Assembly (NCBI RefSeq): GCF_006345805.1
Contig: NW_021833226.1
Coordinates: 1-64,000 of the forward strand
Direction of reading: 5' to 3'
DNA from: Octopus sinensis
Lineage: Eukaryota
DNA: 64,000 nucleotides
The position numbers and the translations under genes are program-made. Numbering within the stretch: the first letter of the stretch is position 1; the number at the start of each line of letters is the position of its first letter. Below are positions 52,228 through 64,000 of the stretch, piece by piece. The notes beneath the pieces are model-generated. The model had not been told where the DNA came from, made no database searches, and worked only from the letters and a program-made list of their open reading frames with translations.

Positions 52228-53124
52228 TAGTTCAATTATTTGGTGAAAAAATACCACCAATGCGACTTAAACCGTCCAAAGGACGGGTGCGTTTGCTAGT
52301 ATGTATGTGAATATATATATATATATATTATATATATATATATTATATATATTATTATATAATATAAGTGTGGTGTGTGTGTATACACGCGCACACACAC
52401 ACACATATATTTAGCCTTTCTTGAAGTCTGTGTTGAGTTGAGTTGACAGAGCTGTACTTAATAATTCCCGCGTCTTTAATCAAAACTTGCCATTTACTAT
52501 GGTGACAGCACTACCTCTCAATCTATCTTTCACACACACACACACACACACTCATACTCTCTCTCTCCCTCTCTTTGTCTATCTCACATAGTATTTCTCT
52601 CCTAACAGCATCTTCTCTTCCCCTTCTATTCAAAGTGAAAGTCTTTTTTAAAGTCCGTGTTGCGTTGTCTACATGTTGAAAGACACAAAACACACACACC
52701 ACACACACACATATACAGATACATACTCACAAAATCCACCAAAATAACTATAGGTACTACTTATAAGCATACATTCTTTTTAAGTATGTTGCGGTGTGTT
52801 GGTAGACTTGCACTTAAAATTCCCCTGTATTAATTCAAAACTACCTACCTACGTACCAATCTCTCTGTCTATCTTTCATACACTCTATCTATCAGTGTAT
52901 TTCTCTTCCAACAACAAATTTTCTCCTCCCCTTCTTCTAAAAATACATTGTGATGCATATTTCGATTTCTTCCTTTCTTTCCCTCCCTCGAATATATGTT
53001 GTGACGGACAGACAGACGAAGGTCCGCTTTTCTTTCATAATATAAGATTAGTGAGAAAGAGAATATCTATGACGAACCGTTACTTTGAAATCTATAATTT
53101 CTCCACACTAAATATAAATTCACA

Positions 53125-53337
53125 TTTACTCTTTTACTCTTTCACTCTTTTGTTTCAGTCATTTGACTGCGGCCATGCTGGAGCACCGCCTTTAGTCGAG
53201 CAAATCGACCCCGGGACTTATTCTTTGTAAGCCGAGTACTTATTCTATCGGTCTCTTTTGCCGAACTGCTAAGTGACGGGGCGTAACACACCAGCATCGG
53301 TTGTCAAGCATGCTAGGGGGACAAAACAGACACACAA

Positions 53338-53368
<31 letters not shown>

Positions 53369-53533
53369 CATATATACGACAGCTTCTTTCAGTTTCCGTC
53401 TACCAAATCCACTCACAAGGCATTGGTCGGCCCGGCGCTATAGCAGAAGACACTTGCCCAAGATGCCACGCAGTGGGACTGAACCCGGAACCATGTGGTT
53501 GGTTAGCAAGCTACTTACCACACAGCCACTCCT
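53125..53533 (-). mobile_element. S1 SINE
   Basis: Complete two-module copy. Confidence 0.9.
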
Positions 53534-53877
53534 GTATATATAAGTATTTAAGTTCTTCAGGCCGAGAAGAAACCATGTGACTGGCATGCTTAAAATACAG
53601 TTTGTAAGTGGAAAAGTAAAAATAGACAAGTCTTTTCTTAAATGCAAGATGAAACTCTTTACTTTGGTCCACAATCCAATCATAGAGCTTTGTTAAAAAC
53701 TAGTCATTTGTCTATAGAAAGAATTCGTGGAATTAAACAAGAAACAGTGGATATTACACACACATATACACACACATACACACAAATGTAGATATATATA
53801 TATATATATAAATTTACACACATACATATATATTCATGTGTATATATATCTATGTGTACATACGTGTACACATACAC

Positions 53878-53921
<44 letters not shown>

Positions 53922-53965
53922 CAACATACACATATATATGTATTGTGTACACACACATTTGTATG

Positions 53966-54001
<36 letters not shown>

Positions 54002-54125
54002 CCAACATACATATATGCATGTTTAAATGCAAGCATACATGCGTATAGACATAACTACAAACACACATATGCGAACATGCATACATACACACACGTAAAC
54101 CCCCACACACATACACACACACACG

Positions 54126-54161
<36 letters not shown>

Positions 54162-54544
54162 ATATATATATATATATAATCTATATAATATATATAGATA
54201 TATATATATATATATAATATATATATATATATACATATATATACACTAAAACACTAACACAAAAATATGTGAAAATGTGTGGTTAAATCATTCTCTTTGA
54301 CGCCGCTGCAACAATAAGAGGTGCATCAGCAGCAGTAGCTGCAGCAACAGCAACAACAATAACCACAACTGCAACATCATCATCAGCAGCAGCAGAAACA
54401 GTAAAAAAGAAAACAGCAGCACCAACGAAAATAACAAAAATGTTCAAGTCTAGAATCAATAATAACAACAACGACAGCAATAATTAGCAAAGGAAGATCT
54501 GCAGCAACAGCAATAGTAACATTGAGGAAACAAAGACTAAAAAA

Positions 54545-56143
54545 CCACCACCAACTCCACCACCACCACCACCACCACCGCCGCCGCCGCCGCTGCCGCC
54601 GCTGCCGCCGCCGCCGCCGCGCCGCCGCTGCCGCTGCCGCCGCCGCTGCCGCCGCCGCTGCGCCGCCGCCGCCGCTGCCGCCGCGCTGCCGCCGCCGCTG
54701 CCCCCGCCGCTGCCGCCGCCGCCGCCGCTGCGCCGCCGCTGCCGCCGCCGCTGCCCCGCCGCTGCCGCCGCCGCCGCTGCCGCCGCCGCGCTGCCGCCGC
54801 CGCCGCTGCCGCTGCCGCCGCTACCGCTGCCGCCGCTGCCGCCGCTGCCGCCGCTGCCGCGCTGCCGCCGCTGCCGCCGTTGCCGCCGCTGCCGCCGACG
54901 CCGCCGCCGCCACCACCACCACCACCACCAACGCCAACACCACCAACACCACCACTACCACCGCCACCACCCACCACCACCACCAACCACCACCGCCGCC
55001 GCCGCCGCCACCACCACACCACACCACCGCCGCTGCCCCCGCCGCCACCACCCACCACCACACCACCGCCGCTGCCGCCGCCGCCACCACCACCACCACC
55101 GCCACCACCACCACACCACCGCCACCACCGCCGCCACCACCACCACCACCACCCACCACCACCACACCACCACCACCACCACCCACCACCACACCACCGC
55201 CACCACCACCACCACCCACCACCACCACCATACCACCACCACAACCACCACCGCCGCCGCCGCCGCCACCACCACCACCACCACCACCACCACCACCACC
55301 ACCACCACACCACCATCACCACCATCCACCACCACCACCACCACCCACCACCACCACCACCACACCACCATCACCACCACCATCACCACCATCACCACCA
55401 CCATCCACCACCACCAACCACCACCACCCACCACCACCACCCACCACCACCATCACCACCACCACACCACCACCACCACCACCACCACCACCATCACCAC
55501 CATCACCACCACCATCACCACCATCACCACCACCACCACCACCCACCACCACCACCACACCACCGCCACCACCGCCGCCACCACCACCACCACCGCCACC
55601 ACCACCACCACCACCCACCACCACACCACACCACCACCACCACCGCCGCCGCCGCCGCCACCACCACACCACCACCACCACCACACCACCACCACCACCA
55701 CCACCATCACCACCATCACCACCACCACCACCACCACCACCACCAACCACCACCACCACCCCACCACCACCACCATCACCACCATCACCACCACCATCAC
55801 CACCACCACACCACCACCACCACCACCACCACCAACCACCACCACCACCACCCACCACCACCACCCACCACCACCACCACCATCACCACCATCACCACCA
55901 CCATCACCACCATCACCACCACCACCCACCACCACCACCACCCACCACCACCCACCACCACCACCACCGCCGCCACCACCACCACCACCGCCACCACCAC
56001 CACCACCACCTCCGCCACCACCACCGCCACCACCACCACCACCACCCACCACCCCACCACCACCACCATACCACCACCACAACCACCACCGCCGCCGCCG
56101 CCGCCACCACCACCACCACCACCACCACCACCACCACCACCAC
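54545..56143. repeat. 1.6-kb (CCG/CTG)n then (CCA)n trinucleotide array
   Basis: Direct reading; 1-nt slips change the phase repeatedly. Confidence 0.97.
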
Positions 56144-56681
56144 AGTAAAATATGTGATTTTCCAAAAAGAAGCTAAATTACATTCATTCAAATCTCATTA
56201 ATCAATTGAACAAAAGATCTTACAACATACCCTTGATCCTGCTCTACGCGTGTATGATCGTGTGGTGTGTGTCTATTCACATACATACCTATGTATGTAT
56301 ATATGTATGTATTTATGTATGTATCAGCACACTGTGCACAACACCCACACATACATGCGCTCACACAGGCACACACACACACAAATATCACAACGACGGC
56401 GGCACACACACATATTTATGTAGATGCATGTAATATGTATCGGCAACCATACTTGTACAATCTATTGTCAAGTGAAAATAAAGTGGAAATAGGATAAAGA
56501 CGATCGCAGATTCTCATTATTTCATCTCTTCTCACATTCTACATCACTCTATTCAATTCAACTTTACTCATCACTCTACTGAACTCAACAAAACTCTGCT
56601 CATCACTCCACCGAAATTAACTAAGTTTCATTTAAACCGAATTATTCGTAACGCTTATTCCATGCCATACTCCTCAATTTA

Positions 56682-57181
56682 TCTTTATATATAAAAGTGA
56701 AGTTGTGTGTCTGTCTGTCTCCTACGATTTAGATTCCTAACTACTCCCACATTTTGCGGTGCAGTTTAACCAAAACCGGGTATCTTATAGTCGTGATTCA
56801 TATCGAGCCCTTCTGGGTATTAGCGCGCGTCTATGATGAGTCTACGATTTAAAAAAAAAATTACCATCATTTTTTTCCATTTTAATGCATTTTTCGCTAT
56901 TATATAAGGGAAGTAACTCTCTAAAAATGTCTACGATGAGTCAACGATTTAAAGAAAATTTACCATCATTTTTTCCATTTTAATGCATTTTTTCGCTATT
57001 ATATAAGGGAAGTAACTCTCTAAAAATGTCTACGATGAGTCAACGATTTAAAAAAAATTTACCATAATTTTTTTTTTCCATTTTTAATGCATTTTTTGCT
57101 ATATTTTGGCTATAACTCTCTAAAAATGCTTATATAGTTATTTCCCTTACAAACCCGAGCAACACCGGGCGATACTGCTAG
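56682..57181 (+). mobile_element. Non-autonomous Helitron with three internal ~99-bp tandem repeats
   Basis: A|TC start, subterminal hairpin CCCGAGCAACACCGGG, CTAG|T end, no TSD. Confidence 0.88.
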
Positions 57182-57347
57182 TGTCAATATAAATATATTA
57201 TGCCTCTACTCTATGCACTATAGTTCCACTCTACTCTGTCTGTTGCTACTCCACTCCTCTCTTTATTATTATACTCCACTCCATTCCACTCTGTATAATT
57301 CCACTTGAATCTGCGGTTTATGTTTCCGATTTTCAAAAGGTAATGAA

Positions 57348-57407
57348 TCTTGGAGCAAGTATGCTCTTGGAGCAAGTACACTCTTGGAGCAAGTACGCTC
57401 TTGGAGC
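57348..57407. repeat. 3.5 copies of a 17-bp minisatellite TCTTGGAGCAAGTAYRC
   Basis: Units start at 57348, 57365, 57382 and 57399. Confidence 0.9.
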
Positions 57408-59972
57408 TCCAAAATGCAACCGAATATGTAGGTTGTCTTATTTCTGTGGAAGACATCACACTTGTGATTAGTAGCTGCCCAAGAATGTCATCAAGGTACT
57501 ACCCCCACCCACCTATGCGACACGATATACAATGTCATTCGGGAAAAAAATGACCGTCCTGCAATAAATATAGAGAAACCCATTGTTATTGAATACATAC
57601 ACAGACATCAACACAAGAAATACATGTGGAACATTCCCATCGGAACTTTTGTCCAATATAAATATAATACCGAATATTGATGTTTGGGACAGATAGGGAA
57701 AAGTCACCTGCCCAAGGTACCACATGGTGGGACTGAACCCGGAACTATATGACTGGTTAGCAAACTTATTACCACACTGCTACGCCTATGACTTAGAACA
57801 TTTTTACTCCACTTTTAATACATTTTGCTTTTTTATTTATGCTTTGTTTTAATTTAATCCATTTTATATCCGAACCATTTATAAAATTAAGTTTGATATC
57901 TTTTACCACAATTAATATTTATATTTTTACAAGATTAGCAATTTTTATTTTCATAAGTATTTCCAAATTTATAATTTATAATTTTCATTATATTTTTATC
58001 AAATGATTTTTAACGTATTTTTCTTCAAATAAAGTGGTGTCCATATGATCGTTTGGGGTCCACATAAGATTTTGTTGTTAAAATTAATCTGCAATGAATA
58101 GGATATATATCTATAAAACACGAAATATTTTAACAATCTTTATATTTTTAAACAATTACACTGTTTAATTACACTGTGTATTACAATTTTTGTCTTTGGG
58201 TAGCAACAGTGATTTCCTATTTGCTTATCCTTAGACAGTATGAAAAGTAGCAAATATCTCCTTTAAACTTTGCTTTTTTAATATTTATTTACCCACTCCC
58301 ACCTCAAAAAATCCCTCTCAATTCATGGCTATGACGCTCCCCACTCTACTGCTGCTCATGATCAGAGGTGCACATATTGTCAGCCACTGAGGGACATGCT
58401 CAAGAGGTTACTGTCAAGCAACTGACGAGAAAATCTGTGGTATTGAGCAGAATATTTGCTATAACGTTATTTCAGCTTCGGCAACTCAGCGCTGAACTTG
58501 AAATGTAATGGAGAAATAGGTCAATTTCAAAACATTGAGGTTCATGTCACAAAAGTAAAGATCGAAAGGAATCGCAGTCGTTTCCTTTGATTTTCAGATA
58601 GAAACCAATAGGAAATAACATTTACTGACCAAAGACGGGAAAAACAATTTTGTTACACAATGTTACAAAGATTTTATAGAGTCTTTTAAACATCGAATTG
58701 GCAGTGAGGGAACCCCAGTGAAATAGAGATGAAAAGGGTTCACAGGTAAAAAAAAAAAAATGGTAAAGAACTTTTGACTTAAATGTTCTTCTCCTTTTAT
58801 CATCTACGTCGCCATTTAAGGTTCATCAGCCAGTTTTTCCTTTTCTTTATCCAGCTCAGTTCATTGTTCCATAGAATTAATGTAACATAAATGCATATAT
58901 GCAAATAAAGAACATAAATGGATTACGGTTCACTACAGCCGTTTCAGACACGTTTTCTTTATCTGTTGTTGATGTGTTTGTGTGTGTGATCGTGTATTTA
59001 TATCTGTGAGTGACCCAAAGTGCGAATATGAAGAACAAGAAGACATTTCCTTTAGGGTGTTGACCGATGATCATAAGGGTTGTAGGCTCGATTCCCAGAC
59101 TAGGAAATCATTGTACCCTTGGACAAAGCACTTCACTTCCCGTTACTCAATCTAGTTTTCTCAGCTGAAAATAAGTACAAACACGTTGCTGATGCAGACC
59201 TTCTCTCTCTCCTTCTGTCACATTCTGAGTGTTCCAGCGAGGAAATGGTGGTGGGTCCGAGAGTTAGCCCGTGTCTACTCGTGACTACTTAGGCGCCTAA
59301 AACAATTATCGAAAGCATAGTACATGCTAGTAAGTGATACTCACTTGCGAGTGACGGCTGTTATTACGTTTTTCGTATTTTTAAATATATTTTATATATT
59401 TCTTTGATAAATTCACAGAAATATATATTTACATAGAAATATATTTTTTATTTGCTATACACACACACACACACACACACCCACACACACACACACACGC
59501 ACATATATATGTTATAATGTACTTAATTCATAGAATATATAATTCATGGAAATGTATACGTTTATAAATTTATATTTTGTTTATCACATACTTTTATGGT
59601 TTATTTTTTCTTTCATCAGATACGAAAAGATATATCCAAAATAATAAAATAAATACGTACTCTATACCCGAACGCTCATAAACGAAATACAAGAAATATG
59701 ACGGCTACACCTATCGTTCAATAATGATCTAGCTTTCTATCCAAACATTTTTTTACACGGAAGAAGCTATGTCTATTACTGGTGGTACTTAATCATTTTG
59801 GTGACAGTGTTTTGTGTGGCAGATATTTGTAGAACAAACCAGTTTCCAAATGTACCGAGTGTACTTTCGTTTGCCATCAATCTTCATTGTCCATTCTCTT
59901 TCGTTCCATTCTTCTCTCTTTCCCTCCCTCTCACTCTCTCTCTCCCTCCGTCTCTCTCTCTCTCTCATCTCC

Positions 59973-60006
<34 letters not shown>

Positions 60007-60195
60007 CCGTCTATTTCTCTTCTCTCATACACTCTTTCTATTGACATCGTAACAACTGATCGAAATAAATTTAAGCGCGAAGTCAAATTTTCTGAATGCG
60101 ATCAAGAATAAATGTAGTAACTTATACTGTAAAACACACACACACTCACAGACACAGACACAGACACATACACAAACACACACACACACCATACA

Positions 60196-60408
60196 CAGCC
60201 GTTCAAGAATTTGGACCTGGAGATCTCCTTTCTAGCGACTTCGAAGGGCCACCTCCCAGTGGTGTTGGGCGTAAACGAAGAGCCCTCCACTACACCAAGA
60301 CGACCAAAGGTTTTTTTTCCAAGGTCTCTGGGGTCTCCCGCCCCTAAGCCTATACCATCACCTAATCACCCTTACCCGTCTTGTTACTTAACAACAACAA
60401 CAACAACA

Positions 60409-60476
<68 letters not shown>

Positions 60477-60700
60477 ACACACACACACACAGCCGTTCAA
60501 GAATTTGGACCTGGAGATCTCCATTTCTAGCGACTTCGAGGGCCAGCTCGCAGTGGTGTCGGGTGTCAACGAAGAGCCCTCGACTACAAGACGACCAAAG
60601 ATTTTTTTATCCCAAAGTCTGGGTCTCTCGCCCCTAAGCCCTAGACCATCACCTAATCACCCTTACCCGTCTTGTTGCTTAACACCAACACACACACACT
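60196..60700. repeat. Two diverged ~200-bp units, each bracketed by (CA)n
   Basis: CAGCCGTTCAAGAATTTGGACCTGGAGATCTCC...CCTAATCACCCTTACCCGTCTTGTT starts at 60196 and 60490. Confidence 0.85.
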
Positions 60701-60743
60701 ACATACATTGGTGCTGTGCAATTCAAATCAACCACAGTTATAC

Positions 60744-61131
60744 CGTGGTAGAGAAAACTGGCCAAGAAGCTTATGCTATATGCCATCAAGTCTACTAATT
60801 TCATTGGATTTACCAACGGATAAGTCACGCCAACAAAAATGCCCTTCCAGTCTAGAAGACTTCGGTTTCGAAAATATTTAAGTTTCTCAATCAATAAATT
60901 CCAACGGCAGACACCGATGGTTTCTGGAGCACATCTCGAAGAATGCTGTTTTGCTAATGGCCAGCGATATGTAAGGCTAAAATCTTGGAAGCCATCATAT
61001 TCTCTTTGTGCTTCTGTTGATGACAGCGAAAGCATAGGGGTGCTGACATGGCTATTTTCAGAATTACTGAGGCAATAAGATACAGAACTAATATCATACA
61101 AGCTGGGGCTCCTCATAACTTGTAATATCAT
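60744..61131 (-). CDS. Candidate coding exon of an unknown protein
   Basis: Longest non-repetitive ORF in the window (150 aa); possible donor CACG|GTATAA at 60744/60743; no recognised domain. Confidence 0.25.
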
Positions 61132-61424
61132 TTCTGCATGTATTGCAGTTCCATTATTTGGATGTCTGGGTTTCCTCTGAGTTCTTCACTTTCCACACGT
61201 TACGGGAATTAAATAATTTCAAGAAAAAAGTATACTATGTTCAATAGTAGCTTCAACTGAAATAAAACTGTTTTCACATTTACTTAAACCTGTGTTCTTG
61301 CTTTAATTAAAATATATATCAGTTACATATTTAAATTAAGAAATCTACAACTGATATCAAGCGCCTATCAGTTGCAGAGTTCATTATACTTTTACACATA
61401 TCTGAGCTAAGCCGGGTATTCTGC

Positions 61425-61474
<50 letters not shown>

Positions 61475-61478
<4 letters not shown>

Positions 61479-61722
61479 GGAAAATTTACGAAAATAAACA
61501 AAAGACGAAGGCAGGTGGAGTACAAACAAACAAATGTATTAGAGTAGCGCTCAGGAATAGAAATAGAAAAAGTCTTTTACGTTTCGAGCCTACGCTCTTC
61601 GACAGAAAGATACACAGAAAAAGCAAGGAGAGAAACAAGGAGAGAAAAAAAACACTTCTGATACGTGGCACTTGATCAAAAAGGGAGATCAACCAGGGAG
61701 TTCGATGCCGCTGCCCGCATCA
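61475..61722 (-). mobile_element. Penelope-like terminal fragment with a minimal hammerhead-like motif, between (TA)n tracts
   Basis: Minus strand 61573-61610 reads TCTTT CTGTCGA A GAGC-GTAG-GCTC GAAA CG TA AAAGA. Confidence 0.6.
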
Positions 61723-61748
61723 TATATATATATATGTATATATATATA

Positions 61749-64000
61749 ACTTCCGGGAAGTTTGATCGATAACTGACTGGGAATTTCCCAGGAGTTTCTA
61801 ACTTCCACGAAAATTGGTTGATAATTTCTTGTGAAGTTCCGAGGATTTTCAGTCTTCCGTGAAATTTGGTCGAAAACATCCTGGGAATATGCGAGGATTT
61901 TCTAACTTCCTGGAAATTTCGTCGAATACTGCATGGGAAATTCCCACGATTTCTAACTCCCGGGAAATTTGGACGAAAACTTTCTGGGAAGATTCGAGGA
62001 TTGTCTAACTTCAAAGAAGTTTGGTCGAAAACTGCCCGGGATGTGCCGAGGATTTTCTAACTTCCCGGAATTTGTCCGAAAACTTTCTGGGAAGTTCCAA
62101 TAATTTTCTAACTTCCTGGAAAATTAATCGAAAAGTTCCTAGGAAGTTCCGAGGATTTTCTATCTTCTGGGAAATTTGATCGAACACTTAGTGGGAAGAT
62201 CCGATGATCCTCTAACCTCCTGGAAACATTGGTCGAAGACTTACTGGGAAGAGCCGATGATAGTCTAACTTCCGGGATACTTGGTTGAAAACTCCATGGG
62301 AAATTCCGAGGATTTTCAATCTTCCGAGAAATTTGGTCGAAAACTTACTGGAAAGATACGAGGATTTTCTAAACTCCAGGAAATTAGGTCGAAAACATCA
62401 TGGGAAACTTCGTCGAAAACAGCCTGGGAAATCCCAAGGATTTTCTAACTGCCGAAAAGTTTGGTCGAAAATCCCCGGGAAATTCCGAGAATTTTCAAAG
62501 TTCCGGGAAGTTTAATCGAAGTTCCGAGGATCTTCTAACTTTCGGGAAATTTAGTCGAAAACTTCCTGGGCAATTCTGAGGATTTTCTAACGCCCGGGAA
62601 GTTTGGTCGAAAATTTCCCGAGAAATTCCGAGGATTTTCTATTTTCCGGGAAGTTTGGTCCAAAACCGCCTGGAAAGTTCCGAGGATTTTCTTACTTTCG
62701 GGAAATTTGGTCGAAAACTGCCTTGGAAATTCCAAAGATGTTCTAACTTCCGGGAAGTTTGGTCGAAATTTCGAGAATTTTCGGTCTCCGGGAAATTTGG
62801 TTGAAAACTTATTGGGAAGATCCGAGTATTTTCTAACCTCCGGGAAATTCGATCGAAAACTTCCAGTGAAATCCCGAGGATTTTGTAACGTCCGGGAAGT
62901 TTGGTCGAAAATTTCCCGGGAAATTCCGGGTATTTTCGATCTTCCAGGAAATTTGGTCGAAAACTTATTGGGAAGATCCGAGGATTTTCTAACCTCCGGG
63001 AAATTTGGTCAAAAACTTCCTGGGAAGTGTCGATGATTGTGTAAGGAAATTTGGTCGAAAACTGCCTTGGAAATTCCAAGGATTTTCTAATTCCGTGAAG
63101 TCTGGTCGAAAATTTTCGATCTTCCGAGAAATTTGGTCGAAATCTTCCTGGGAAGTTTCAAGGATTTTTTAGCATCCAGTAAGTTTGATCGAAACCCGTC
63201 TGGGAAGTTCGGATATAATCTAACTTCCGGGAAGTTTGGTTGAAAAATGCCATGGAAATTTTGTAGAAAACTGCCATGGAAATTCCGGGAAGTTTGGTCG
63301 AAAATTTCATGGGAAATTCCGAGGATTTTCTCGTAAAATTTCGTCGAAAACTTCCTGGGAAGTTCCGATAATTTTCTATATTCAGGGAAATTTGGTCGAA
63401 AACTGACTTGGAAATACCAAGGGTATTCTAACAACCGCGAAGTTTGGTCGAAAATTTTCAGGGAAATTCCAAGGATTTTCTAACGCCCGGGAAGTTTGGT
63501 CGAAAATTTCATGGGAAATTCCGAGCATTTTCAAACTTCTGGGAAGTTTGGTCGAAAATTTTCTGGAAAGTCCCGATGATTTTCTAACCTTTGGCAACTT
63601 CCAGGGAAATTCCGAGGATTTTCTAACGTCCGGGAAGTTTGGTCGAAAATTGCCCGGGAAATTCCGGGTAATTTCGATCTCTCAGGAAATTTGGTCGTAA
63701 ACTTATTGGGAAGATCCGAGGATTTTCTAACCTCCGGGAAATTTGGTCAAAAACCTCCTGGGAAGTGCCGATGATTGTGTAAGGAAATTTGGTCGAAAAC
63801 TGCCTTGGAATTTCCAAGGATTTTCTAATTCCGTGAAGTCTGGTCGAAAATTTCCTGGGAAGTCTGGTCGAAAATTTCCTAGGATTTTCTAGCTGTCGTG
63901 AAATTTGGTCGAAAACTTCATGGAAAGTTCCGAGGATTTTCGAACTTCTAGGAAGTTCGGATATTATCTAATTTTCTGCAAGTTTGGTCGAAACCGCCTG
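61749..64000. repeat. 52-bp satellite array running off the window end
   Basis: Approximate consensus GGGAARTTTGGTCGAAAACTTCCTGGGAAATTCCGAGGATTTTCTAACTTCC; unit starts at 62544, 62596, 62648 and 62700. Confidence 0.92.

Noticed and set aside
54522-56201. 559-aa Pro/His/Thr-rich ORF resembling an extensin or formin
   Set aside because: Pure trinucleotide repeat with phase slips; several frames are open.
57348-57407. Short direct repeats as a possible CRISPR array (also 32254-32506 and the 52-bp array)
   Set aside because: No unique spacers, no cas genes, and a eukaryotic context.
61676-63817. Repetitive ORFs (RPNFP, FSTKFP)
   Set aside because: Translations of a 52-bp satellite whose unit is not a multiple of three; stops are frequent.

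Overview
This is AT-rich, repeat-saturated eukaryotic intergenic or intronic DNA. The SINE families match my recollection of octopus (coleoid cephalopod) repeats, but that assignment is inferred and not database-checked. I found no confidently identifiable host gene, rRNA, functional tRNA or CRISPR array; almost all long ORFs in the track are translations of microsatellites. The window is a layered mobile-element landscape: at least four tRNA-derived SINE families (many with clear target-site duplications, TSDs); decayed non-LTR retrotransposons (L1/Tx1, R4/Dong, HERO, RTE-like, CR1-like); Penelope-like remnants with hammerhead-like motifs inside (TA)n; pogo-like and GG-ended MITEs; a 1.8 kb foldback element with an 8-bp TSD; non-autonomous Helitrons; very large simple repeats; and a terminal 52-bp satellite. 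The most unusual signal is a SINE that integrates as head-to-tail concatemers of a ~185-nt unit. The junction is the same palindrome (GAAATA-GG-TATTTC, or a one-base variant) at several independent loci, and most insertion ends are followed by GGTA, suggesting a concatemeric or circular RNA template. No new biological system is established by the sequence alone.
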